A DNA stretch of 64,000 nt from Octopus vulgaris (Eukaryota): contig OX597831.1 in the NCBI GenBank assembly GCA_951406725.2, positions 14,198,001 to 14,262,000 on the forward strand, in the 5' to 3' direction. The first letter of the stretch is position 1. Every line of letters starts with the position of its first letter. The notes under the pieces are model-generated. The model was not told where the DNA came from. It did not search any database and was given only the letters and a program-made list of their open reading frames with translations. A program made the position numbers and the translations under genes. Below are positions 51,233-62,405 of the stretch, in pieces.

Positions 51233-51300
51233 TCACCACCACCACCACCACCACCACCACCACCACCATCATCACCACCACCACCACCACCACCACCATT
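50767..51300. repeat. Compound (GGT/GAT)n followed by (CCA/TCA)n microsatellite
   Basis: Directly visible; similar tracts at ~10985-11200, 18340-18900, 24130-24395 and 26920-27045. Confidence 0.95.
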
Positions 51301-51541
51301 ATCATCTGTTGATATTTTTTGCAAGTCTGAAATAGTCTTAAGTGTTCATTGTTGTACTTTCACACTATATATGTGTGTGTGTGCGTGTCTGTGTCTATAT
51401 ATGTGTGTGTGAAGTGTGTTTGTGTGTGCGTGCGTGTGTATGAATGTATATGTATGTTTTTATATTTATATATGTATTGTTACGTATATATGTATGTGTG
51501 TGTGCATATATATATATGTATGTATAGTATGTGTGTCTCTT

Positions 51542-51583
<42 letters not shown>

Positions 51584-52106
51584 GAATAATATATAAATAT
51601 ATGCATATATACATAGATACATGTCATGTGTGCGTGTGTGTGTGTGTGTGCTTGTCCCCCACCACTGCTTGGTGACTGGTGTTGGTGTGTTTATGTCCCT
51701 GTGACCTAGCTGTTCAGCAAAAGAGACTGGTAGAATAAGTGCCAGGCTTGGCAGGAAGTTAAGTACTGGGTTCGATTTATGTGACTAAAAATTCTTCAAG
51801 GCAGGGTGCCCCAGGAGGGCTGCAGTCTGATGACTGAAACCACTAAAAGATATAAATACAAAAAATATAGACTCTCTCTCTGTTTCTCTCTCTGTCTCTT
51901 TCTCTCTCTCACTCTTTCTCTCTTTCTGTCTCTTTCTCTCTCTCTGTTTCTCTCTCTGTTTCTCTCTCTGTCTCTTTCTGTCTGTCACTCTTTCTCACTC
52001 TGTCTTTCTGCCTCTCTTTTTATCTCTTTCTCTCGCTCTCTCTCTTTCTGGTTCTTTCTCTCTCATTCTCTCTCTTTCTGTCTCTTTCTTTCTCTCTATG
52101 TCTCAT

Positions 52107-52147
<41 letters not shown>

Positions 52148-54304
52148 ATTATACCCTACATTATATAATTATAATTCTGTGTTAGTTCGGAGTGGAGTGG
52201 CTATTTAAGATCATCACCTGACACCACTCCCCACACCACCCCAACCACCCCCAACCAGCTCCAGAAGCATGGCTGAAACCAATACAGGAATGGCAGTCGA
52301 TCCTTGAATGGGTTTTTTGACATGCTAAAATTAGCAACCAAATTTTTTTCCATCTCACATATCCGGGGTGACTAAAAAAAAAAAAAAGAAAAAAAGAGCG
52401 AGAGAGGAAGGATGCAGAAAGAATTGCTTCATACGATTAATCTGGACTAAATGTCTAGGTGGGGGTGGTCTCTCATTTGGAATGTCTTTAGTCATATGAC
52501 TTTAGATCCTTTAGCATTTAAACCAGCCCTGTCTAGCCCCTAATATTCTATGCTTTTTATGTTCCAACCAGCCTGATTTGGCCCCTCACACTTACAAAGT
52601 CCTTCTTGCAAAGAGCACCTTAAGAGTGTGATCATTGACAGAGTGGCCTATTGGCTTTAGTGCCAGTGGCACTTAAAAGGCACCATACGAGTGTGATTGT
52701 TACCAGCGTCACCTTACTGGCACTTGAGCCCCGTGCTAGTAGGGTATTAAGAGCACCATCCGAGCGTGAACGTTGCCAGAGCAGCTATCTGGCTTCCATG
52801 CCGATGGCACATAAAAGGGCACCATTTGAGCGTGATCATTACCAGCGTCGCCTTACTGGCACCTGTGCTGGTGGCATGTGTAAAAGATTCAAGTGAGGTC
52901 GTTGCCAGTACCACCTGACTGGCCCCATGCTGGTGGCACGTAAAAAGCACCCACTACACTCTTGGAGTGGTAGGCATTAGGAAGGGCATCCAGCTGTAGA
53001 AACTCTGCCAGATCAAGATTGAAGCCTCTGTGCAGCCATCTGGTTTGCCAGCCCTCAGTCATTCGTTCAACCCATGCTAGATGGAAAGCGGATGTTAAAT
53101 GATGATGATGACATCATTGAAATCTCAGAGCTATGAGATAGTCCATGATTAATTCAAAACGATGTGAATAATTAAGCATTAAATTTGACAGATTAATCTG
53201 AATGTTAAATGGTTAATAAGGATTAACTTGGGATTATAAAACAAGAAAAACACCTAGATTGGATGGTCAAATTTGGCATGTCTTTGATTGCTGTTCTGTT
53301 TGATCTGGGTCACCCAGAACTAAACAACTTCTGCAATAACAAGAGGAGATGGTCATATTTAGAATATCTTTGGTTGTTGCTCAGCTCAATCAAAACTCAT
53401 GTGAGAGAACAACAATAATAAGATGGGATTGTCATGTCAGGAATGTGTGATAATTGCTCAGTTTGATCAGCGTTGACCTGGAACTAAACAACTGTGAAAT
53501 TACTGGGTTAAAAAAAAAGAAAAAATACTTTAGAAAGGTTAAACTTTCAGGAATATCCAGTTGCACGATATCTTTGAGGTTTAAGGAATTATTTATCCGA
53601 CCCCTTTTCATACCAATCCTTATGAGACTGTCCCTGACTCACAAAATTCATATTTTAAAATGGTTTAGAACTAAAACCTTCTAGCAAGATTTCATGGTTA
53701 TTTATGTTTCAAACACCAGCTTAATCCTTTCTACTAATATGCACAAGGCCTAAAATTTTGGGCGAAGGGGCAAGTTGATTACATCAACCCCAGTACACGA
53801 CTGGTACTTAATTTATTGATCCCGAAAGGATGAAAAGCTAAGTTGGCCTCGGTGGAATTTGAACTCAGAATGTAGCGGCAGACGAAATACCGCTAAGCAT
53901 TTCACCTATCTTGCTAACGCTTCTGTCAGTTCACTGCCTTAAATACCAGTTTGATAATGACTAAGTTACTTGACTAAATTCTTTATTATTTCGAGAATTA
54001 AATGAAAGAAAAGCAGTCTATTTCAATGGGAATATGGTAACAAAAGGGTTGAAGTAAACATAAATTAAAACCTTTGAAACTTTTCATATTGGTTTATGTC
54101 TAAAACACCTTCCGTCAAAATCTTGTATCAATTCCCGATCCCAACGCAGGATTAATAACGACAAAGTTACTTTACTGAATTCTTTATTATTTTCAAAACT
54201 AATTAGAATGAAAGGTTGTGTATTTCATTGAAAATTTGGTATACAAAAGGGTTACTGCGATGGAAAGCCAAAGATGGAATTGTTTTGATTGAAAATCTAA
54301 TTAA

Positions 54305-54525
54305 CCCTTTTGATACAAACCTGGTTGAAACCACCTCTGGCTCTGTAGTACATATGTCTTGTTTTCATAAATTTTGAATTAAAATCTTCCACCAAACCTT
54401 AGTCACAATTTATGTTCTTAACACTAGCTTAATGATAACTAAGTTATTTTACTAAATTCTTTGTTATAATTAAAATTAATTGAAAAAACACCGAGCATCT
54501 CAACAGAAATATGGTAACGAAAGGG
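54305..54525. mobile_element. piggyBac-type MITE with TTAA target duplication
   Basis: TTAA|CCCTTTTGATAC ... GTAACGAAAGGG|TTAA; older copies directly upstream at ~53540-54051 (SINE-interrupted) and ~54063-54254. Confidence 0.78.
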
Positions 54526-54789
54526 TTAATCAGATTTGACCTGGGGTTAAACATTCAATGATATCAAGAACAACAAATTTATGATTCAGCAAACCTTTAC
54601 ATTCTTTCATGTCTTTCACATGTTTCAGTATTTTGAACTGTGGCCACGCTGGAGCATCACCTCAAATGGTTCAGTCAGACACATTGACCCCAGGACTTAA
54701 TTTTTTAAGTGAATTATTTAAATCCTTAGCATTCAGATTATTGTCAAATGCAATGCTTATTTATTCATTTTGGTTGGAATTAATCATTT

Positions 54790-55008
54790 AGGCGTGGCTG
54801 TGTGGTAAGAAGCTTGCTTGATTCCAAGTTTTCATGGTTCCAGGTTCAGTCCCATTGTGTGGCACCTTGATCAAGTATCTTCTACTATATAGCCTCAGGC
54901 TGACCAAAGCCTTGTGAGTAGGTTTGGTGGATGGAAACTGAAAGAAGCCCATCGTATGTATATATATATGATGGGCTTCTTTCAGTTTCTATCTGAAAGG
55001 ATTCCATC

Positions 55009-55054
<46 letters not shown>

Positions 55055-55262
55055 TTGTGTGTTTGTGTTTGTCCACCCACCATTGCCTGACAACTGATGT
55101 TGGTGTGTTTGTCCCCGTAACTTTGCAGTTCAGCGGATGAGACCAATAAAATAAGTACTAGGTTTACAAAGAATAAGTCCTGGGGTTGATTTGTTTAAGT
55201 AAAGATGGTGCTCCAGCATGGCTGCAGTCAAATGACTGAAGCAAGTAAAAGAATTAAAGAAC
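54790..55262 (+). mobile_element. SINE family A inserted in a piggyBac-type MITE
   Basis: Colinear with family A; internal fold-back at 54930-54994. Confidence 0.8.
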
Positions 55263-56118
55263 ATCTCATAGCTTTGAGATTGCAGTGATGTGGTTGTTTG
55301 TTTTTAGAATGACATTGTAGGGTAGGTGTGAGAGGCTGGATCTGGCCAGTTTGAGCATAAAAGGGGCAGAATATTTGGGCCAGACATGGCAGGTTTAAAT
55401 GCTAACGGGTTTATCAATCCCCTTTGCTGAACTGCTAAGTTACGGAAGCATAAACAAACCAACATTGGTTGTTAAGCAGTTGTTGGGGACCTGCATAAGT
55501 GCAACGACACATTGTGAACTGTGCCTGGGAAAGAGGGGAGATGGTCGTGGTTAGAAGTGCTTCAATCATAAAATCAAGATGGCAGACACGGAGCTAAATA
55601 ACAAGAACAATAATGAGTTTTGAGTGATTTCTCTCAATTTTCAGTCTATTATTCTCAATTAATCGTTGTGATTGCTAACGACGTAGAAGGAAGGAAAGAA
55701 AAAAGGAAGAAAGGAAGGAAGGGAGGGAGAGAGAAAATGACAGAAAAAGTAAGAGAGAGAGAGAGAGAGAAAGGGAGAGAGAAAGTGGGGAAGAGAGAAA
55801 GAGAGACAAAGAGAAACAAAGGAAAAAATGAGACAAAGAAAGAATGAAAAGGAGAGTGAGGGGAGAGGGACAAAGAATAGAAGAATAACCCTGAACCAAT
55901 ATGAGAGGAATAATTTTGGAATTAATCGGTTTCTGCTGCCATTCTTGAAAGTCCACAATTATGTGTGATTCTGGTGAGGTTTTCTTTCATTTCCTCTGAC
56001 TTTTGCCTTTTTTAGCTCCAACTGATTCCGTGTTGTGTTAAGTTTCTTACTTTATGGCACCGTTTTAAGTTACAAATGTATATATATATATATTTCATTT
56101 AGTGCTCGTGTATGTATA

Positions 56119-56438
56119 CAGGCGCATGGCTCAGTGGTTAGAGCATCGAGCTTATGATCGTGAGGTTGTGAGTTCGATTCCCGGACTGGGCTGCGTGTTG
56201 TGTTCTTGAGCAAGACACTTTATTTCACGTTGCTCCAGTTCACGCAGCTGTAGAAATGAGTTGCGGTGTCACAGGTGCCAAGCTGTATCGGCCCCTTTGC
56301 CTTTCCCTTGGGTAACACTGGTGGTGTGGAGAGGGGAGGCTAGTATGCATGGTCTTCCATAAACAATCTTGCTGGAAGTATGCCTCGGAGGGTATCTTTC
56401 TAAATCCAACCCCACGGTCAGTCATGACCGAAGGGTGT
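56119..56438 (+). mobile_element. SINE family E copy
   Basis: A box tggctcagtgg, B box gagttcgattcc, tail gaccgaagggtgtc. Confidence 0.85.
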
Positions 56439-56505
56439 CTTCTCCTCCTCCTCCTGTATACAGATATGTGTATCTGTGTGTATGTGTATGCATATATATA
56501 TATGC

Positions 56506-56535
<30 letters not shown>

Positions 56536-56536
<1 letters not shown>

Positions 56537-56779
56537 ACGCTCAGAAATAGAACAAGTCTTTTACGTTTCAAGCCTACGCTCTTCTACAGAAAGGGATACA
56601 GAAAACAAGGAGAGAAAAAAATGTGTGTAGTGGCTAACGATCTATATATGTATATATATACATATAACGATCTATATATATATATTGTTTTATTTATATT
56701 CCTGAGCGCCATACTAATACAATTGTTTGTTTGTACTCCACCTGCCTTCGTCTTTTGTTTATCTTCATAAAGCTTCTCG

Positions 56780-56781
<2 letters not shown>
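56536..56781. mobile_element. Family G pieces: minus-strand central part (56536-56645) and plus-strand 3' part (~56690-56781)
   Basis: Motif 56558-56593 on the minus strand reads cttt-CTGTAGA-a-gagc-gtag-gctt-GAAAC-GTA-aaag; pieces are separated and flanked by TA runs. Confidence 0.65.
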
Positions 56782-56834
<53 letters not shown>

Positions 56835-56879
56835 TATAGATATATATAGAGATGTATATATAAATATATAGATATATAT

Positions 56880-56931
<52 letters not shown>

Positions 56932-57169
56932 GAACAAAACATCTCCTGTCCAATGGACGGTGCTGAGTTAAACATTTAAACCAAATTTTCTCAATACTTG
57001 TCTGACCGTCCCATAGGCCTCCCCTTTGAGAAACACTGATTTAACCTAAATTTGAGATACCAGCAAAAGAAGAAATAAAGATAGACTTTTTTTTCTATTC
57101 CAAAGAAAAACGATTTTATTCACGCAAATATGCAACCGAAGAGTTCCATCTCATTCTCATTGGTTTTAG

Positions 57170-57510
57170 CTGTAGGCATGGCTGTGTGTTAAGTTTCCAC
57201 ACCAACCACAAGGTTCCGGGTTCAGTCCCACTGCATGGCACCCTGCACTGATGCCCTGTACTGTAGTTCTGCGCTGACCAAAGCCTTGCGTGTGGATTTG
57301 GTAGACGGGGGAAACTGAAAGATGCTCGTCTTTGTGTGTGTGTGTGAGATCCATCTTCAGCCACTTGATAACCAGTGTTCTTTCGTTTATGTCCCCGTAA
57401 CTTAGCAGTGTGGCTATAAGAAAGAAAATAGATACTGTGTGGTTTATTTCAAGAGGGTGCTGCAGCATGACCACTATCCAATGACTGAAATAAGAAATGA
57501 AAGATGAAAA
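57170..57510 (+). mobile_element. SINE family A, diverged
   Basis: Head and tail recognisable. Confidence 0.65.
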
Positions 57511-57939
57511 TAAAAATGCAAAGTGAACCGGAAAATTTTCAACTTTGTCTATAAAATGTTGGCCCATTTTTTGCTATTTTTTTTTCTTTCCCATGAGTAA
57601 TGCCTCAGTAATTTTTAACATTCCATGTAAAGTACACCTAACATTTTCACTTTTCCTTGCAAAATGGTACCTCCCCCCCACTTCCTTTTTTTTTTCTATT
57701 GTTTGTCTGAGTCATTCGCCTGCAGCCATGCTGGTGCACCGCCCACCCCTCCCACTGGAGGGCTTTGGTGAAACAAATCAACCCCAGGTTTTATGTGTAT
57801 TCATTTATTTTATTTTTAAAGTCTGGTGCTTATTTTATCAGTGTCTTTTGCTGAACTGCTAAATTGCCCATATGTAAACAAAACCAGCCCCGGCTCTCAA
57901 TTACGAGGGAGTGGGGGACAAGCATTGACACAAAAACTT

Positions 57940-58231
57940 GCAGACATAACCCTGCTCCTTCTACAAATTCGAAGGTCACAGCTCCGGTACAACAGACAAG
58001 TGATTGGAACGTTGGGGGAAAGAATTACAAGGCAGATTCTTCAAGCTGAGGCAAGAGGCAACAGATCCAGGGGTAGACCAAGAACAAAATGGTTGGATAA
58101 CATCCATATTCTCAACCTTTCACAATTGGAATTCTAGCCAGAAAGTCTAATAAGGGTTGCTTCTGACTGGACCCTATGGCAGCGCCTGAGGACTCCACCC
58201 CACAAAGCCTTCCCAGAGAAGGTGGATAGGT
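57940..58231 (+). mobile_element. RTE-clade LINE 3' fragment
   Basis: LLQIRRSQLRY...ERITRQILQAEARGNRSRGRPRTKWLDNI fits the RTE C-terminal G.R.RGRP...W.D.I signature. Confidence 0.7.
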
Positions 58232-58264
58232 ATATATACATACATATATATGTATTGTTCCTAT

Positions 58265-58610
58265 GCTTATTTCAGTCCTTTGACTATAGCCATGCTGGGG
58301 CAGCACCTTCATGAACTTTTAGTCAAACAATCAACCCCTAGTACTTTTTTTTTGTAAGTTAGGCACTTATTCCGTTCCTTCTCAAATGGGTCAAATAAGC
58401 TCAAAGATGCACACACACACACACACACACACACATACATAAATATACAGTGAGCTTCCTTCAGTTTCCATCTGCCAAATTTGCTTCCAAGGCATTTGTC
58501 AGCCCTTCGCTATAGTAAAAGACATTTGCCTAACCTTCCACACAATGGGACTGAACCCTAACCTACATGATAGCAAAGAGTCTCTTAACCACACACCTAT
58601 GCCTGCACCT
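58265..58610 (-). mobile_element. SINE family A, diverged
   Basis: Reverse-complement head and tail recognisable. Confidence 0.65.
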
Positions 58611-59277
58611 ATTAAATTTCTATGTGATGTGCACCAGTAATTTTTTTTTTAATATCCAGTGGAGCATGACAAAAAAAAAAAGATAGACAATCCCTGCTTG
58701 AAAAAAATATTTTTGTCTGCTCCCACACACCCCTTGCTTCATACACAACCTTGAAGTACTTTTACCTGGCCTTGATATACTTACAGTATCTAGACATAAA
58801 CTGCCTCCTTGATTTCCCAGTTCACTCCCAAGATTAAAAGCTGAGTCATAAAAGAAGTTGTACTAGTTAGTTAGTAACTAACCAAGTTAGTGAGATTGGT
58901 GAAGAAGCTATAAAGGTCAATGAGTACTCTAGGCTATTTTAGTTACAATAAAATTTAATATATTAAAAGCAGCCAGCTGGCGGAATTGTAGGCCCACCGG
59001 ACAATAAGCTTGGCAGTATTTTGTCTGTTTTAATGTTTTTAGTTCAAATTCTGCTTTTTGTCAACTTTGTCTTTTGTCCTTTCAGTACATATTCTTTTCT
59101 ACTCAAGGCACAAGGCCTGAAATTTTGAGGGGAGGGGGGGTGCAGGTGATTAGAATTTGAACTCAGAATGTAATGGCCGATGAAATACCGCTAAGCATTT
59201 TGCCCAGCATGCTAACGTTTCTGCCAGAATATATTCTGGAAAAAAATGTTTTTTGAGTTTTAAAGCATATAATTATT

Positions 59278-59740
59278 TAATCCTTTAGCTTTCACATTAT
59301 TCTGGCAGAAGTAATGTTTTATATCCTTGTATTGGATATATATACTTAATGAAACAGGGGGGGCAGGAAGAAAGTATATACACAACGACCTACTATTACT
59401 ATTACGCAAGACACAACATTCTGTATCAAAGGTTCACAGTAAACTGCCAGCAACCCGAACTGCCAATCGCTCACAGTTCTTTCATTTATATCAATGAGTC
59501 AGTCCACCTTTAGTGACTTGGCAAGGTGGTCGGAAATCCTTCCACAACATAATGCTCATTTATTTTCATTCTTTTGTATTAATCATGCAGCATGTTCTAG
59601 CTTTGAGATTTTGAAAGAGTAACTTAATTTTTACAATGATATTGCAGAGTTGGTGTGAGAGGCCAGATCTGGCCAGTCTGATAATGAAACAGGTAGAATA
59701 TTTTGGTTGGATATGGCTGGTTTAAAGGCTAAAGGGTTAA
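59278..59740. mobile_element. Second piggyBac-type MITE family (CCCTTTAGC.. ends), interrupted by a solo-LTR-like insert
   Basis: ttaa-tcctttagc ... gctaaaggg-ttaa; homologous copies at ~52505-53216 (opposite orientation) and ~54718-55412, each interrupted by a SINE. Confidence 0.6.
59317..59549 (-). mobile_element. Probable solo LTR (233 bp)
   Basis: Interrupts a MITE; 5-bp TSD taatg (59312-59316, 59550-59554); minus strand begins TGTTG and contains TATAAAT; the other terminus lacks the canonical CA. Confidence 0.5.
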
Positions 59741-60552
59741 AGCAATCTAAAGGAAGTGAGCTGGTGGAATTATGCACCCACTAGGCAAGATGCGTTGTGG
59801 CATTTCATCTGTCTTTATATTCTGAGTTCAAATTTCACCTAAGTCAACTTATATTTTTATCATTTCAGGGTTGATAAAATGAGTACAAGTTGGGCCACTG
59901 GTAATGATGTAATTAAGTTACTCCCTCCCCTCTGCTGGCCTGGTGCCAAAATTTGAAACCATTATTTAATATATTAACTCACTGGGTGTAAGAGAATGGT
60001 AGAGTGGTTAGAGTATTTGGTTTATAATCATAATGTCATAGGTTCAATTCCTGGACTGGGCAGTGTGTTGCATCCTTGAGCAAGGCATTTCACTGCTGAC
60101 CATTCTTATTTTATTCCCTTGTGTGAAGGCACAAGTACCAGTGGTTAGGGTGTTACACTTATGTTTGCTAGATCATGGGTTCAGTTCTTGGACTGGGTAG
60201 CACATTGTGTTCTTGAGCAAAACACTTCATTTCATGTTGTTATATTTATATTTCCCCAGTCTGCTCAGCTGTAAATGAGCACCAGCTGAGGGCCGCCGAT
60301 GGAGATTTGTTGTCTTGCAGCTTCCAAATCCTGGATTTGTTGTGGGATCAAAAGATGTCTACGTCTATCTGGGACTGCAGGCACCTAAAACAATTAGCAA
60401 AAGCATTGTATATGTTACCAAGCCATACTTGTTCATAGGTGATGGTCAGTTGTTAACAAACTATTAAGTAAAGTGGAAACAGTTTATTGCAGAATGTTAG
60501 AAATATTTTCTCATGGATGTTGACTGTTCTTATTTTATTCCCTTATGCTCCT

Positions 60553-60800
60553 GTGTGAAGGCACATGCCCCAGTGGTTAGCGTATTACACATACGATTGC
60601 TAGATCATGGGTTCAATTCTTGGACCAGGTGGTGCATTGTGTTCATGAGCAAAACACTTCATTTCATGTTGTTCCAATCCATTCAGTTGTAACTGGGTAA
60701 CCCTGTGATGGAATAGCTTTCTGATAAGGGGGATTGTTGGCCTGCTCACCTAGCCAGAAGGGTGGCATTAGTTGAAAGCTAAAATTATGTGAAGTACGTA
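60553..60800 (+). mobile_element. Older family E-like SINE with a different tail
   Basis: Same head and CORE-like segment, then ccctgtgatggaa.. tail; relatives at ~3232-3445(-), 10400-10565(-), 59990-60095(+) and 60121-60285(+). Confidence 0.6.
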
Positions 60801-60803
60801 GTT

Positions 60804-61015
60804 CACCTCTACTTGTTAACGAACCATGTCTCATGTAGCCTACTTCTCAATAAAGGCACCTCTACCTGTTAACGAACCATGTCTCATGTAGCCTACTTCT
60901 CAATAAAGGCACCTCTACCTGTTAACAAACCATGTCTCATGTAGCCTACTTCTCAATAAAGGCACCTCTACCTGTTAATGAACCATGTCTCATGTAGCCT
61001 GCTTCTCAATAAAGG
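60804..61015 (+). repeat. Minisatellite, 4 x 53 bp
   Basis: Unit cacctctacctgttaacgaaccatgtctcatgtagcctacttctcaataaagg starts at 60804, 60857, 60910 and 60963. Confidence 0.95.
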
Positions 61016-61099
61016 TTATCCATACCTGGACCCTGGATTAGGACAACAGTTTAACATGTAATAATTGATGTCTTGAAACGATATATATAACAATAGATA

Positions 61100-61464
61100 T
61101 CACTTATATGAACTAAAGGTGTGTTTCTGCCAATGTTTACATTGGTATGCATGCTCTATAACAGTGTTTACAAATGGATTTTTAGAAAAAAGAATAAAAT
61201 ATAGTTCAGAATTACAGAGAAGTCAGAATTCCTTGCCTTTGTCATAAGGTATCGAGATTGAGAGAATCAACCAATCTAAATTAAATTGTATATTGTGGTC
61301 TTTTAGATCTCAAATTAATTTACTAAGCCCTGTGCTGTTACGTTTATTCCTATCCCTGAACGTAGAATAACAATTAGAAATTCTTTTAGATAACTGAGAT
61401 GATGTGCTTCCTATATTAAAAAAAATACTTCATTACCAGTAGTAATTTTACACTGGTATATAGA
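61100..61464 (-). pseudogene. GIY-YIG endonuclease domain of a Penelope-like element
   Basis: Hand translation: SIYQCKITTGNEVFF/(frameshift in T8)NIGSTSSQLSKRISNCYSTFRDRNKRNSTGLSKLI*DLKDHNIQFNLDWLILSISIPYDKGKEF*LLCNSELYFILFSKNPFVNTVIEHAYQCKHWQKHTFSSYK*. This fits the IY..YIG.T...R...ST.LS..W.LK...W.I....Y...C.LC..E...N..E...C.H pattern of invertebrate PLE endonucleases. Absent from the ORF track. Confidence 0.75.
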
Positions 61465-61909
61465 ATTTTTAATTTTAGAGTTACTCGACATAAACTTGAT
61501 TCTGTTGTAATTGACTTCAGATACAATAACCTTGTTATTAATATTTCTAGGAGGATGGATGGTATTAACTAAATTAATTTTAATATTAATAAAGGTATCA
61601 ATATCATTGGCAGAAACACACCTTTAGTTCATATAAGTGATATCTATCATTAAATATAATTTAAACATTAGATAGCTTCTTACGTTTCACATTCACTAGA
61701 TATATCTTTTTCCAAGTCTGTATCGTTATATTTAATATACATATAGTTATATACTTCTCATTTATTTAGTTTTTTTCTTTTATCCCTCCTCTTTCTATAG
61801 GCTACCTTTGACGTTTTTTTTGAAACAAACTTAATAGCGTTCAGTTAATCACTATACATATCCATCATTTTCTGTTAAAATGTCTTACTGACGAATTTCA
61901 TTTCTTCAT

Positions 61910-61978
61910 TTCCCTGAAGAGAAGATTAAATTGTTTTACACCATTTTATACCAGTGATATCTTCGAAACGTGTCGGAA
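61910..61978 (+). ncRNA. Minimal type-I hammerhead ribozyme motif, canonical core
   Basis: ttcc-CTGAAGA-gaagat[32 nt]atcttc-GAAAC-gt-GTC-ggaa: stem I ttcc/ggaa, 6-bp stem II, GUC cleavage triplet. Confidence 0.8.
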
Positions 61979-62230
61979 GTAAAAGCATTTGAATAACATC
62001 TGCGTTTAACTCCATTTATTTATTTATATATATATGTATATATGTATATATGTGTGTGTGTGTGTAGAAAGTTACCCTCCTAGACACAAGTCCGGGCATT
62101 GTTTATGGAAGACCAGCAGTCGCCCATGCAAACCAGCCTCCTCTCCATGCACCAGTGTTATCCAAGGAAAGACAAAGGTCGATACAGCTTGGCACCTACG
62201 TCGCAACTCATTTCTACAGCTGAGTGAACT

Positions 62231-62272
<42 letters not shown>

Positions 62273-62274
<2 letters not shown>

Positions 62275-62405
62275 CAATTGCAGCGTGGAAGGTGTTTGTA
62301 AGCCATTTAAGAAACACACAAAAGCCATTCGATTCACTTCAACATTTAAGTTTAATTTGTGTGTTTCTTAAATGGCTTACAAACACCTTCCACGCTGCAA
62401 TTGTT
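62273..62405. repeat. Perfect 50-bp inverted repeat with 33-nt spacer
   Basis: Arms 62273-62322 and 62356-62405; homologous to the single-arm repeat end at ~48860-48940. Confidence 0.92.

Larger units (their letters stand above)
61093..62030. mobile_element. Truncated Penelope-like element with 5' inversion: minus-strand GIY-YIG remnant plus plus-strand 3' UTR/pLTR with hammerhead
   Basis: GIY-YIG-type peptide at 61100-61464 (minus); perfect 43-bp inverted duplication 61093-61135/61605-61647 containing the ORF end; canonical HHR at 61910-61978; TA runs on both sides. Confidence 0.8.

Noticed and set aside
50509-51412. Poly-Pro/poly-Gly ORFs resembling formin or glycine-rich proteins
   Set aside because: Pure (CCA/TCA)n microsatellite, open in several frames, with no flanking domain.
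60804-61015. CRISPR-like array
   Set aside because: Contiguous units without unique spacers; eukaryotic context; no cas genes.
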